Below, piece by piece: positions 13,265 through 26,700 of a DNA stretch of 64,000 bases. The notes below the pieces were generated by a model. It saw only the letters and a program-made list of their open reading frames with translations, was not told the DNA's origin and ran no database searches. Numbering within the stretch: the stretch's first letter is position 1; each line of letters starts with the position of its first letter. The position numbers and the translations under genes are program-made. The DNA is taken from the NCBI RefSeq assembly GCF_006345805.1, contig NC_043003.1, positions 73,656,001-73,720,000 of the forward strand, in the 5' to 3' direction. The stretch comes from Octopus sinensis. Lineage: Eukaryota.

Positions 13265-14449
13265 CGAGGGGGTACCCAAAAGAAACCGGAATTTTGCAAT
13301 ATTTTATTCATTTAGTTTTACATGTTTACACATTTATCACCTTCAAAGTATTCTCTGTTTGAAGCAATGCGTCGGTCCAGAAGCGTTTTCCTCTGTTCGA
13401 AGTAGTCCTAGAACTCTTGCGAAGTGAGTCATTCTAACGCCTCCGTAAGATTTTTCTTCACCTCTTCCGCATCTGCAAAATGTTTTCCTCTATAGACATT
13501 TTCATCAGGTGGGACAAAAAAAAAATTTGCTGAGAGCAAAGAAGAGTGAAAAGGGAGGGGGTAGACGGGGTAATGCCATTTTGGGTAAAAAAAAGTGTCT
13601 CATGTCGAAGGCGGTGTGCGAAGGGGCATTGTCGCGATGAAATTGCCACTCTACAAGTTACCACTGGTCTGGGCGTTTTTGTCTCACCTTGTCTCGCAAA
13701 CGCCACAGAGCTGGCGAGTAAAATATCTGGTTAACAGTTAGACCAGCAGGAGTAAATAATGTGTGAATAATTCCTTTCGTATCGATGAAACAATTCAGCA
13801 TCGTCTTGACATTGGACTTCACTTGATGCACTTTTTACTGGGTGTGGTGACATGGAATGCTTCCATTTATTTTTTTGTTGCTTCACTTCCAAGTCGTAGC
13901 CGTGGCACCAGCTTTCATCACTTGTGATGACCTTAAAACAAAAATGGGTTGGATCAACTTCCAACTGTTCTTTCAGTTCACGACACGCATTCAGTCGTAA
14001 CTGCTTTTGATCATTCGTGAGCAAATGAGACCAAACTTTGCTGCAACTCTTTTCATTCAAAATTCCTCGCTTAAAATTCGTTGGGTGGAGCTCCAAACAC
14101 ACACCGGCCATAGCAAACGGTAACGGTCTTCCAAAATACGTTCATCAATTTTCGAGATGTTTGTATTCGTTAAGGATGATGGCGGTCGCCCTACTGTTTC
14201 GGTTGCCGTTTCCCTCAGCAAAAAACACAATTTGACGGGAGTACGCTGTCCCTTTCTTTTCAGACATTGTAAAAATCGACGCAGAGAGGAGAAGCACTAC
14301 AAAAATATAAACGCACCACCTGGTAGTAGGACTCCACACAACGATGCCGGTCGGCAGACTGATGGATGAAGGTCGCATCGGTGGAAGCCTGAACTGCGAC
14401 TGTGTTGTTCAACAGAGAACTTTTACGGTTACTTATGGGTATCCCCTCG
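13265..14449 (-). mobile_element. Near full-length mariner element (irritans-like TIR), transposase pseudogene
   Basis: 27-bp TIRs CGAGGGGGTACCCAAAAGAAACCGGAA / CGAGGGGATACCCATAAGTAACCGTAA (4 mismatches) with TA on both sides. Minus strand has KVWSHLL (WVPHLL), VITSDESW and HDNAPSH in broken frames. Confidence 0.92.
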
Positions 14450-14549
14450 TATATATATATGTGTGTGTTCGCGCGTGTATATACTTGTGTATGTGCGTGT
14501 GCATATGTGTGTGAGTGTGTATGAGTGCTTTTCTTTGCTGTCATGTCTC

Positions 14550-15536
14550 AGGAGTGAACCTTTTTTGGACTGAATAGTTCTTTTTATAAATATCAAGCCT
14601 CTAAGACAGTGGGTAGGGAAAGCAGAAACCGGCACCCCAGAACTCGATGAGGATGTCCTGCAAACCCTGGTGAAACAAAATCTCATCATAACTGTTGAGG
14701 AACTAGCAGAGAAGCTTGGATTTGGTCATTCAACAGTTCATCGACACCTGCGTGTCATTGGAAAAGTTAGCAAATTGGGTCGATGGATTCCTTACAAACT
14801 TTCTGAATCTAATCACAGGCAGAGAGTGAAAGTGTGCTATTCTTTGCTTGGACATTTCATGAATAAACCTTTTATGAACCGGATAGTGACCGGTGACAAG
14901 AAATGGGTTCTGTATCAAAATGTCAAGCGCCAAAGACAGTGTGTAGGGAAAGGAGAAACACTGGCACCCCAGGCTAAAGGTATTCACCCACGTCAGGTTT
15001 TGTTAACTGTTTGGTAGGATATGAAAGGTTTAGTCCACTTTGAACTTTTAAACCCAAACCAAAAGGTAACAAAGGAGATCTACTGCGAGAAGCTTGAGCG
15101 GTTTAAGTCAGCGCTAGACGTAAAACGAGCATCTTTGGTCTCAAAACGAAAGGTGTTCTTCTATCAGGATAATGCTCAGCCACATACAGCGAGGATAACA
15201 TGTCAAAGGCTGGAGCAGTTTGAATGGTAAACGATGCTCCAACCACCATATTCACCGGACATTGCTCTATCTGATTATAATTTATTCCGCAATCTTCAAA
15301 ATCATTTGGACGGAAAAAGTATGAATTCTGTAGACGAGGTCAGAGGGTACTTGAGTAATATATTTTGTCACGGACAAGTGAATTTTGGAAGAGGGGCCTT
15401 GCAAATCTACCAAATAGATGGAAGATCATTCTAGAAAATGAAGTAAAGTATATTTTGGATTAAAAAAGAATTTTGAATCTTAATCTTGAAAAATAAAGAA
15501 ATATAAAAAAACCGCATTATTTGTGGGATGACCCAA
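14550..15536 (+). mobile_element. Mariner element (Hsmar1/cecropia-like transposase), 5' end lost or rearranged, pseudogene
   Basis: TVEELAEKLG..HSTVHRHL..GRWIPYKL, IVTGDKKW, YQDNAQPH and PPYSPDIALSDY with in-frame stops at 15015 and 15228. The 3' TIR ends ...gggatgacccaa|ta at 15536. Confidence 0.92.
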
Positions 15537-16499
15537 TATTTATAACAGTTTGATTCAGCTCCATGCGAGTTATTGTTTGCAGGTTTGTAACAGAAATCGT
15601 CTCGCTTTGGTTTAGCTAAAAATAAAGCTAAATATACTTAAGGTTAGAGAAATACAAAACGTGTTATTCAAGTTGTGTATATTAATAGAAACGTGACACA
15701 GTTTGATCTAATTACTGGGCTTGAATCACGGCGAGAGTTTTCCAGAATATACCATCTTTCTCTGCAATCTTTGTGTTTTCTCAATCAAATCTACTTTGAA
15801 TCTCACGAAAGAATATTCCACGAAGGAAATGTTGATCTTTGTGGTTAAATAACGGGAGAATATTTGTGAAAATGGCAAAAAATGACCAATAATATCAACG
15901 TAATTTCATTGCAGGTAATTATGTTATTGACAACAAAAATTACAAAGTGAATCAGATAAGAGTGCTAGCTGCTTTTCCAACATTTATATATAAGGTAAAT
16001 ATTGCTGTTTAACACAAGAATAAGGCCACATAAATCTGGCATCAATATTTGACACGTACGAATTTTATAGAATATTTAGCTTCTATAAAATGAAAGGTAA
16101 TAGCTACCAGGGCCCTATTTGAACTCAGCATGCACAAAATCATTAAATAAATAATTTAATAAAATTTTCTCATAATCGACATTTGCAGAACTCTCTTCCC
16201 ACAAGCAAATCGAAATATTGATTTACTTGTCTAGAAGAGAAGAAAGTTTTGCTTCGTAGATAGCACTGTCATTCAAATTGATTAGAGTCGATTCCCTTGA
16301 GTCTAAACAGTTAATCAGATACTAGATAGCCTAAAGAATTCTAAAATTGGATTTTAAGAATGACAAATTCTTGCCACCAAATTAAATATATTGAGAATTT
16401 ATCCAAGAATGTTACCGACGGCAATCAAATTTATTTTTGAAATTGGTATTGAGTGTCCCTATCTACATAGATATGAAATATTTCTGAATTTATCTTATA

Positions 16500-16750
16500 G
16501 ATCAAATTTAACGTCAACGAAATTGTGTTGGTGGGACATTACACGTGATTTTCTCTGAAATATTAAGAAAAGCGATGATATGGCTTTGGAAGATAGGGCT
16601 GGAAGAAGATGAATTACTGGAAGCTTACAAAATCATTGACGGTACAGTGATTTTAGTTTGTAAACAAGAACAGAAACATCATCAAAAAGCCAAGAAGTGT
16701 CCAGTTGTACGTGATTCTTCAGTAACTAAACACAAGTTTTTAGAAGGTTG
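16500..16750 (+). mobile_element. Old LINE RT N-terminal remnant (RTE/CR1-like)
   Basis: IFSEILRKA..W..EEDELLEAYK..GTVILVCKQ..KC loosely follows I..EILK..W.EE..PE.WK...VIP..K.GD..C.NYR. Confidence 0.35.
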
Positions 16751-16785
16751 ACAAATACCGATTCTCTCACTGGGTTAAGAATATA

Positions 16786-17450
16786 CAGGGTGCGTAAGGT
16801 ATTTGAGGTTATACTTTTAGGGGACATTGCTGCATTTTTTGCTAATTCTATATAATCTTTCTTTCAGAAAATAATTATGGCAGACGCTCAGCTTACTCAA
16901 GAAATAAAGAGGTATGCTTATAAAGGCCGAGCATACCAATTTAGAAATATCCCGATTGTAAAAGTTGCCAGATCTTTCGTCTACAAAGTTTGTAAGGAAA
17001 ATGAAAACGTATCACCAGTATCAAAGAATTCTAAACGCTCTGAGATCATAAGAACACTGGAATTTATCCAGCAAATTCAACAGACCTTTGATTACAACCC
17101 CAGAATATTCATGAGGTCATTTACAAAAGATCTCCCTAACCCAGAAGGAACAGTCAGAAATGTTGTTAACGAAGACATCAAATACTAGTCTTATATGATG
17201 AGGAAAGCTCAATTTGTCATAAAAAGTAAAAGAAAAGCACTACATCAGATCTAAAAGGCTCTTAATCAAACGGAAAAATCCAGCAGAAAAATTGATTTGT
17301 TTTTTCTCAAACGAGAAGAATTGACAGATAGTTATCTGCAGACGCTTATGAGTACCACTACCTCGTTCCTTTCGTACAGTGATTGCCCGAGGCCTACTGG
17401 ACGAAATTGACTGAACCCTGATCATAGTTATTTCTTTCTAGTTCAGAGGA
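16786..17450 (+). mobile_element. 5' part of a Tc1/mariner-superfamily element (maT/DD37D-like), decayed
   Basis: ta|CAGGGTG terminus, then KVARSFVYKV..RTLEFIQQI..NP..MRS..GTVRNVVNEDIKY*SYMMRKAQF and FFSNEKN (FSDEK.F motif). Confidence 0.7.
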
Positions 17451-17567
17451 ATAAGTCTTGTCCCCTCATTGTTTAAAGACATAAATCCCGCATATTTGAT
17501 GTTTATGTACGCGTCCGGGTGTTGGTTGCATAAACTTTATAATTATTATTGATGTATAAGTGATAAA

Positions 17568-17710
<143 letters not shown>

Positions 17711-17717
17711 TTAATAA

Positions 17718-17880
17718 ATATTTGACTTTTGCTTTGTATTTGTACAAGTTCAATCTAAGTCTCACAGAGATCTCAAGAGAACAATTTGAAAGTTCCAGTT
17801 AGTGTTATGACTACGATGTCATATATATGGTTTTGCACAGACTATTGTTCGGGAAAAGTAATTTGATTTTAAGATGATAA
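17718..17880 (-). mobile_element. Diverged 3' UTR-only copy related to Dong family C
   Basis: tttgacttttgcttt..tgtacaagtt..aagtctcac.cagaga.ctcaagaga is shared with 19584-19650 and 21493-21560. Confidence 0.6.
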
Positions 17881-17894
17881 TATGATGTTAAAAT

Positions 17895-17912
17895 CTTCTT
17901 CTTCTTCTTCTT

Positions 17913-18000
<88 letters not shown>

Positions 18001-18023
18001 TATTATTATTATTATTATTATTA
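17895..18023. repeat. (TTC)n-(TTA)n microsatellite
   Basis: Read directly from the sequence. Confidence 0.95.
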
Positions 18024-18764
18024 TTTTCATTAGCGTCTGCTTTCAATTCTGTTTCCATTTCTTGCCGCGTGTCTTCCTGACACCCAGGGCAGAGAAGCTT
18101 ATTGTATATGTAGGTAGGCCATTAAAACAAGCACGCTAGATTGTGCCTTTTCTGAGTCATGAGGTAGAGAAAAAGGGGAAGACAGACAGAAAGAAGAAAA
18201 ATACAAAAATAGAAAAGTAAACAAATAAAATAAAGTGGGAAAAGGAAGAAAATTAACAGCAACAACGGTCTTCTCAATGGTGTACCATTTAAGACAATAT
18301 TTTGCACTTCCTGCAAGGATGGTAAGCCAGGAATAATTTTAAAATAAATTTCAGTTCCTTTTTCTTATCATTCTAAGTGTTCCCAAAGTGACTGGTATTG
18401 TAACATATTTCCTAGTTAGCAGATCTTTACATTTTCTGTGCTTAACAAATTCTTTTGCCGAGATATTAAGGTCATACGGTATTCTCATGTCAATCAGAAA
18501 AAACATACTTTATTGTTCTTGCCTTTCACAACAATATCTTCTTTATTTGCCTTGACGACCCGCTCTGTACATACTGGGAAGTCCCAAAGAATAGTTACAT
18601 TTTCCCCATTAGTTACAGCCTTAGGGTGCGGCTTGTACCATTTGTCAGCACTTTTGATATAATAATGCCGACACATGATGACCGACTCAGTCATGTCTTG
18701 ATCTGTACTCTACAAGTGCTAAAGCCTTACATTCAGAGATTAGATGGACCTCTGTTTCTATTCC
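18024..18764 (-). mobile_element. 5'-truncated Dong element related to family A (copy 1 of a tandem duplication)
   Basis: Minus strand ADKWYKPHPKAVTNGENVTILWDFPVCTERVVKANKEDIVVKGKNNKVC parallels ORF 194-1744. The terminus ccatttcttgccgcgtgtcttcc is homologous to the reverse complement of 1850-1885. Confidence 0.9.
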
Positions 18765-18819
18765 ATTATTATTATTATTTATTATTATTATTATTATTAT
18801 ATTATTATTATTATTATTA

Positions 18820-19522
18820 TTTTCATTAGCGTCTGCTTTCAATTCTGTTTCCATTTCTTGCCGCGTGTCTTCCTGACACCCAGGGCAGAGAAGCTTATTG
18901 TATACGTAGGTAGGCCATTAAAACAAGCACGCTAGATTGTGCCTTTTCTGAGTCATGAGGTAGAGAAAAAGCGGAAGACAGACAGAAAGAAGAAAAATAC
19001 AAAAATAGAAAAGTAAACAAATAAAATAAAGTGGGAAAAGGAAGAAAATTAACAGCAACAACGGTCTTCTCAATGGTGTACCATTTAAGACAATATTTTG
19101 CACTTCCTGCAAGGATGGTAAGCCAGGAATAATTTTAAAATAAATTTCAGTTCCTTTTTTTTATCATTCTGAGTGTTCCCAAAGTGACTGGTATTGTAAC
19201 ACATTTCTGTGCTTAACAAATTCTTTTGCCGAGATATTAAGGTCATACGGTATTCTCATGTCAATCAGAAAAACATACTTTATTGTTCTTGCCTTTCACA
19301 ACAATATCTTCTTTATTTGCCTTGACGACCCGCTCTGTACATACTGGGAAGTCCCAAAGAATAGTTACATTTTCCCCATTAGTTACAGCCTTGTACCATT
19401 TGTCAGCACTTTTGATATAATAATGCCGACACATGATGACCGACTCAGTCATGTCTTGATCTGTACTCTACAAGTGCTAAAGCCTTACATTCAGAGATTA
19501 GATGGACCTCTGTTTCTATTCC
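18820..19522 (-). mobile_element. Copy 2 of the tandem-duplicated truncated Dong element
   Basis: Near-identical to 18024-18764 with the same endpoints, plus ~25-bp and 12-bp deletions. Confidence 0.9.
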
Positions 19523-19583
19523 ATTATTATTATTATTATTATATTATTATTATTATTATTATTTTATTATTATTATTATTATT

Positions 19584-21913
<2,330 letters not shown>

Positions 21914-21934
21914 ATTATTATTATTATTATCATT

Positions 21935-21991
<57 letters not shown>

Positions 21992-21992
21992 A

Positions 21993-22900
21993 TGCGATAG
22001 CTATTACCTTCTAATTAACTTAGTAGAGGTATCATTCTGAGGTTTGGTTACAGGTCTTCTAAATTGATAAGAATCTTTCTGAGAATTCTGTTAGAGTACA
22101 GGCTATTCCTTTTCTGTGCAGATCAACAATGTGTATTCTCTATTCCAATATACTTGAAATACTTGAGAACAAGTTTCTCCCTTGTGTTCCACAAACTCTT
22201 TATCTCTCTGGTAAACGCCTGATGTTTCTCATTTTATCAACTTATTTGATGTCCACTCTACGATCGCATGTTACTACCGAGTTAATAATCTTACACTGTT
22301 CGCTTTTCCTATCATCTACCATTCTATTCCCATTAGTTTCCTTTCTTCAATAGTATGATCATCAGTCTGCATGGAGGAATACCATAAAATCCTGTAATTA
22401 CCATTCATCAGCACAACCTCTAGCTCGTATTTATACCACTTTTCGTTACTTCGAATCTAAAAAAAAATAGTTTAACATTCCACTATACCATTTTACCAAC
22501 ACATTCATGATTGTATTTATAACCCTTTCGCTAAGGAGATGGTTAATTTCTCTTATAGTCTGTATTTGCTCTGCGACTAGATTTTATCGATCCTTCCTCA
22601 CTTTCTAATTTTGTCCTACTTATGGAGAAACTACCATTCCAAAAACTCTATTGAGCAGTTCAGCTTGATGCTTAAGCCCCAAACTTCTACCATACGTCTT
22701 TGCTCCTTTTCTTTCTTGCTTGAATTTTAATTCTGAAGAATCTCTACTGCTAAAGCAGCAGTGCAGAATATGTGGCCACTTACATCTTTTATGTTTTCTT
22801 AACTTTGATTTTCATTAATAGTTTATTCAGTCTCTTTACTAAATGATTCAATTTCGATTCCTCTCAAATCTTGCTTGTTTTCTCGTTCTAGACCCAAATC
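21993..22900 (-). mobile_element. Older, more decayed Dong/R4-type 3' region (further family); 5' boundary approximate
   Basis: Minus strand of 22382-22441 reads KWYKYELEVVLMNGNYRILW, followed by REL-like pieces (KHQAFTREIKSLWN). Its tail abuts (CAA)n/(TAA)n on the minus strand. Confidence 0.7.
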
Positions 22901-23189
22901 TCTCTTATTTAATCATCGAAATAAACTAAAGTTACTCCTCTGTAATATAGTTTCCTTCTGTTAAGTAATATTCGTCGTTTTCAGTCTAAATGCTACGTCA
23001 TTGCTTCAGATGATTCATTGGTCTTTCTGATGCTGCTTGTTCAATTTTCTCTCCTACTTAGGCACGTTATTTATCGTTCAATCATTTGGAAGATCAGTTC
23101 CAACTCCAAGTGCGGTAGACAGTTATTTCATGATCCAGAAATTCTTTTTTTCTGTAAGAAGGGAAATGGTTTTCTATATTTTATGCATG

Positions 23190-23204
23190 GCAATAATAAT
23201 AATA

Positions 23205-23240
<36 letters not shown>

Positions 23241-23332
23241 TAATAATAATAATGAAATAATATTAATAATAATAATAATAATGATAATAATAATAATAAT
23301 ATAATAATAATGATGATGATGATGATGATGAT
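23190..23332. repeat. (TAA)n grading into (TGA)n microsatellite
   Basis: Read directly from the sequence. Confidence 0.95.
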
Positions 23333-23337
23333 TATGT

Positions 23338-23394
23338 GATGACATCAGGATGCAATTTGGCATCAATAAATGTGCAAAACTGACTTTATCAAGG
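23338..23394 (+). mobile_element. ~55-bp internal Dong RT sliver
   Basis: DDIRMQFGINKCAKLTLSR versus DDIRMQFGLDKCAKATFIKG in the family C copy at about 21190-21250 (minus strand). Confidence 0.75.
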
Positions 23395-23419
23395 CTTACA
23401 GGGGACAAGTTACCAAATT

Positions 23420-24210
23420 AGTTAAGCAGACGTTGTCGGGTGGGGGGATCGGCAGCAACAGGTGGTGTGCGGCTCTCAAAATTGAGATTAGAGTAATAAA
23501 GATAGGGTTTAGCGAATAAATACGTTAGGAAATATAGAAAGGGAGGGGGTTAGTAGCTAAACTGGACGAGACTATTTGTGGTGGTATTGCAACCGACGTA
23601 CTAGCAGTGAGAATGACATTAGATCAATTCTTCAATGCGAAACTCAAAGGTTGCATTCAGAGCTAAGGCCCATGCTCTAGGAAACGTGGGGGATCAAAGC
23701 TGTTCGATGGGAACACGTGTGCCTCCTCTTCAAATTCATGTAGAGCTGACAGGTTCCATTGGTGAGGCGGTCCATCTGCTGTCAACACCTTCTACGCGGA
23801 GGGCTGGGAATGCCGTGGCTAATGAAGTGCAGACAGGAGCTGAGGCTGCTGCATCTCCAGATATTCTGTCTAAACGGTGAACCAGTGTGGTTGCCATTTG
23901 TCAAACAGGCCTTTTCCCAGCTCGTCTCCTTGAGTGAGCTGCAGTCTTGGGTCAACCACTTATCAACTTTTTCAAATTGCATTTGGAAAGGAAGATGAAG
24001 GTGGAAAAAGAAGTGCTGCCTCCCAGTACATTTGCGAAAAGATGGATGAATGTAGCGAAGATAACCCGTATGAGTGAACCTGCTCTAATAATTTGTCTGT
24101 AGGCTAGGGAATTTGAGAGGGAGAATGGAGCCCTTCCCTGATGACCTCGAGGCGACGAGTGGTTCAGGTTTAGTTGATACCTGAGACAACTCGAGGTGGT
24201 TAACTCCTTA
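23420..24210 (-). mobile_element. GC-richer decayed segment, possibly the 3' region of an old LINE (Crack/L2-like)
   Basis: Compositional shift and weak motif traces only (GRAPF..YRQII; CQL..EEEAHVF). Confidence 0.3.
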
Positions 24211-24353
24211 TTGGGGAACTTTCATTGTTATAATCTTTTTGTTTGATATTATTATTATTGTTTTTATTGTGTATTCGTATTTTGTGTAAAATCCCCACTG
24301 TCCTAGTCTGCTGTATTGTCCCGTATATATCGACCCTAGTGACCAATAAATGA

Positions 24354-24354
<1 letters not shown>

Positions 24355-24412
<58 letters not shown>

Positions 24413-24426
24413 ACTACTACTACTAC

Positions 24427-24489
<63 letters not shown>

Positions 24490-24598
24490 GATAATAATAA
24501 TGAAGATGATGATAATAATAATGATTATTATTATTATTATTATTATCATTATTATTATTATTGTTGTTGTTGTTATTGTTGCTACTGCTGTTGTTGTA
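24355..24598. repeat. Compound microsatellite (CTA)n-(TAA)n-(TTA)n-(TTG)n
   Basis: Read directly from the sequence. Confidence 0.95.
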
Positions 24599-25702
24599 TG
24601 TTTCTCTTTCATACCAGAGCATGTATTTCTAAAACCTAAACTTTTCATCTTGTATACACATCTGCAGGTTGTTAACAACTCATAACATCGCAGCTCTTTG
24701 AATTCCTTCACTGTAAGGTGAGTTAGACACTTCTGTGTTTCTGTTTCCAAATTATACTTATAACTAACTTTCATCTTACGATTGTGAAGAAAATTTTCAT
24801 TAGTACCAATATTTTCATTGAAATGGTGTTTCATACATGTTTATCGAAATGTCATTATTTGCGAACGATATATAAATTAGTTTACAGGTCCTGAGTCATT
24901 TATCTTTTATACGTATCTTGTCGGTCTGCTTTAAACACCTTGTGTGTATGTAGTTATATATCCCAGAGAATCGCACCAGTTTCAGTTCAATTACAAATTC
25001 TTGGACATTATTGAGCTCTGCAATATTTAAAGTGAAGCATGCAAGATATATAATATATTAGTATATAAGAAAAAATAAAATATAACTATTGACAAAATTT
25101 ATGCTACATCACTGAAAATCTGACACGCTTTGTATGAATATCTTTATGCAGAATAGAGGAAAATATTTTTGCAGCGTGAGATGGTATGTAAAACAAGTGC
25201 AATTGCATTAGACACTTAAGTACAGAAAAAATAAAGAAGGAAATTCTAACACCTTCATAGCTGCTAAGTATGAAAAAACAAACGAATGTATATAGTCAAT
25301 ACATCTGAAGCATGGCAATTTTTTTCCAGAAATAGATGCTCTATCCACATAATCAGAAATACACTTAACATTAACCATACAGAGCACGGCAGAAATAACA
25401 TGTACAACAAAATAATAGTACCCAGATGATGTTTTAGAGCTTAGAAAAAATTTCAACGCCATAAACCTTTGGCAGAATAGAGAGCAGGTTATGGATGATG
25501 TCTATTCCAAAAGGTTAATCCACTAGTATTGTCCGTTTTAGATTTGTTTGTTCCGTATTTAATGCAACTCTGTTTCCCTTACGTTGTAGAGCGTGTCGTT
25601 TGCTTTTGCGAATACATTCTGCTGTGACGAGATCACTGTTTCATGGAATACTCTGGCGGGTTACTAGTAATTTTCTTCGTTTTAATGCTTCTCTTTCCAC
25701 TT

Positions 25703-25855
25703 AAGATGTTGAACTTGCAAAATCGTCTGTCTATAGGCTTTGAACTCAAATTCCGCCGAGTTTGTCTCTGCCTTTCATCCTTGCGGGGTCGATAAATTAA
25801 GTATCAGTTGAGCACTGGGGTCGATGTAATTTGACCTTCAGCCGAAATTTGAAAC
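25703..25855 (+). mobile_element. SINE family 1, decayed
   Basis: gaactcaaattccgccgag..gcctttcatccttgcggggtcgataaattaagtatcag core, shared with 32564-33470 and 60541-60769. Confidence 0.85.
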
Positions 25856-26314
25856 AAATATTTCTGTTTCAATATTTTTGATATAATTATAGATTTTGTT
25901 TGTTTAATTCTTAAAATATATTTGTAGGACATAGGTTTAAACTGTTCAATTACAGGTAAATCCTGTTTTGCCCTTTCAATATATTTGCTAAATTGACTTT
26001 GAAATATTATCTGAGTGCATCAACTAAATGACTAATTTTTGTTTTAAACCTAACAGTACAGGTGGATATTATGCTGAGTATATTAATATGCAGTCTAGCC
26101 AAATTACATCTGTTTCTATAAATTCTAATGGTCAGTAGATTTTCCAAACGAGGAGTAGAATAAAATTCTACTCCCGTGTACAGCGTCCTTATTTTCCCAA
26201 ACTATCTACACTATTTTAGAGTTTAGATTTCAGATAGAGGTGTGTTTTCTGTTAGAGTCATGATTAAAGTTAGTTATTAATCAAATACTTTCAACTCACA
26301 TTCGTCTCACTGGA

Positions 26315-26318
<4 letters not shown>

Positions 26319-26412
<94 letters not shown>

Positions 26413-26425
26413 TGTGTGCGTGTGT
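26319..26425. repeat. (CT)n-(TA)n-(TG)n dinucleotide array
   Basis: Read directly from the sequence. Confidence 0.95.
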
Positions 26426-26581
26426 ATCAATAAATAATAATTGAGCTTTTACTCTTGCTGATCTACTTAAATTGCATTGGGTATCAACAAAGTCGACATT
26501 GATCCTTTCGTGGTTGATGAAATAAATATCAGTTGACGCGCCTCTAATTTCCGATCTTTTGCATAAAGTCCAGCAGATTAT

Positions 26582-26700
26582 TAAGGAGGCGAGCTGGTTG
26601 GACTGTGAGTACGTAGGAAAAAATGCTTAACAAGATTTCTTCTAGCTCTTTATGATCTGAGTTTAATTTTGCACGCAGGTCGACTTTGCCTTTCTCATTT
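26582..26700 (+). mobile_element. SINE family 1, 5' half, decayed
   Basis: aaggaggcgagctgg...aaatgcttaac...ggtcgactttgccttt. Confidence 0.75.

Noticed and set aside
13480-13510. CTGATGA on the minus strand
   Set aside because: Lies within mariner transposase coding sequence and lacks hammerhead architecture.
26152-26174. Perfect 10-bp hairpin ggagtagaat-aaa-attctactcc
   Set aside because: Isolated and short in AT-rich DNA, with no context suggesting function.
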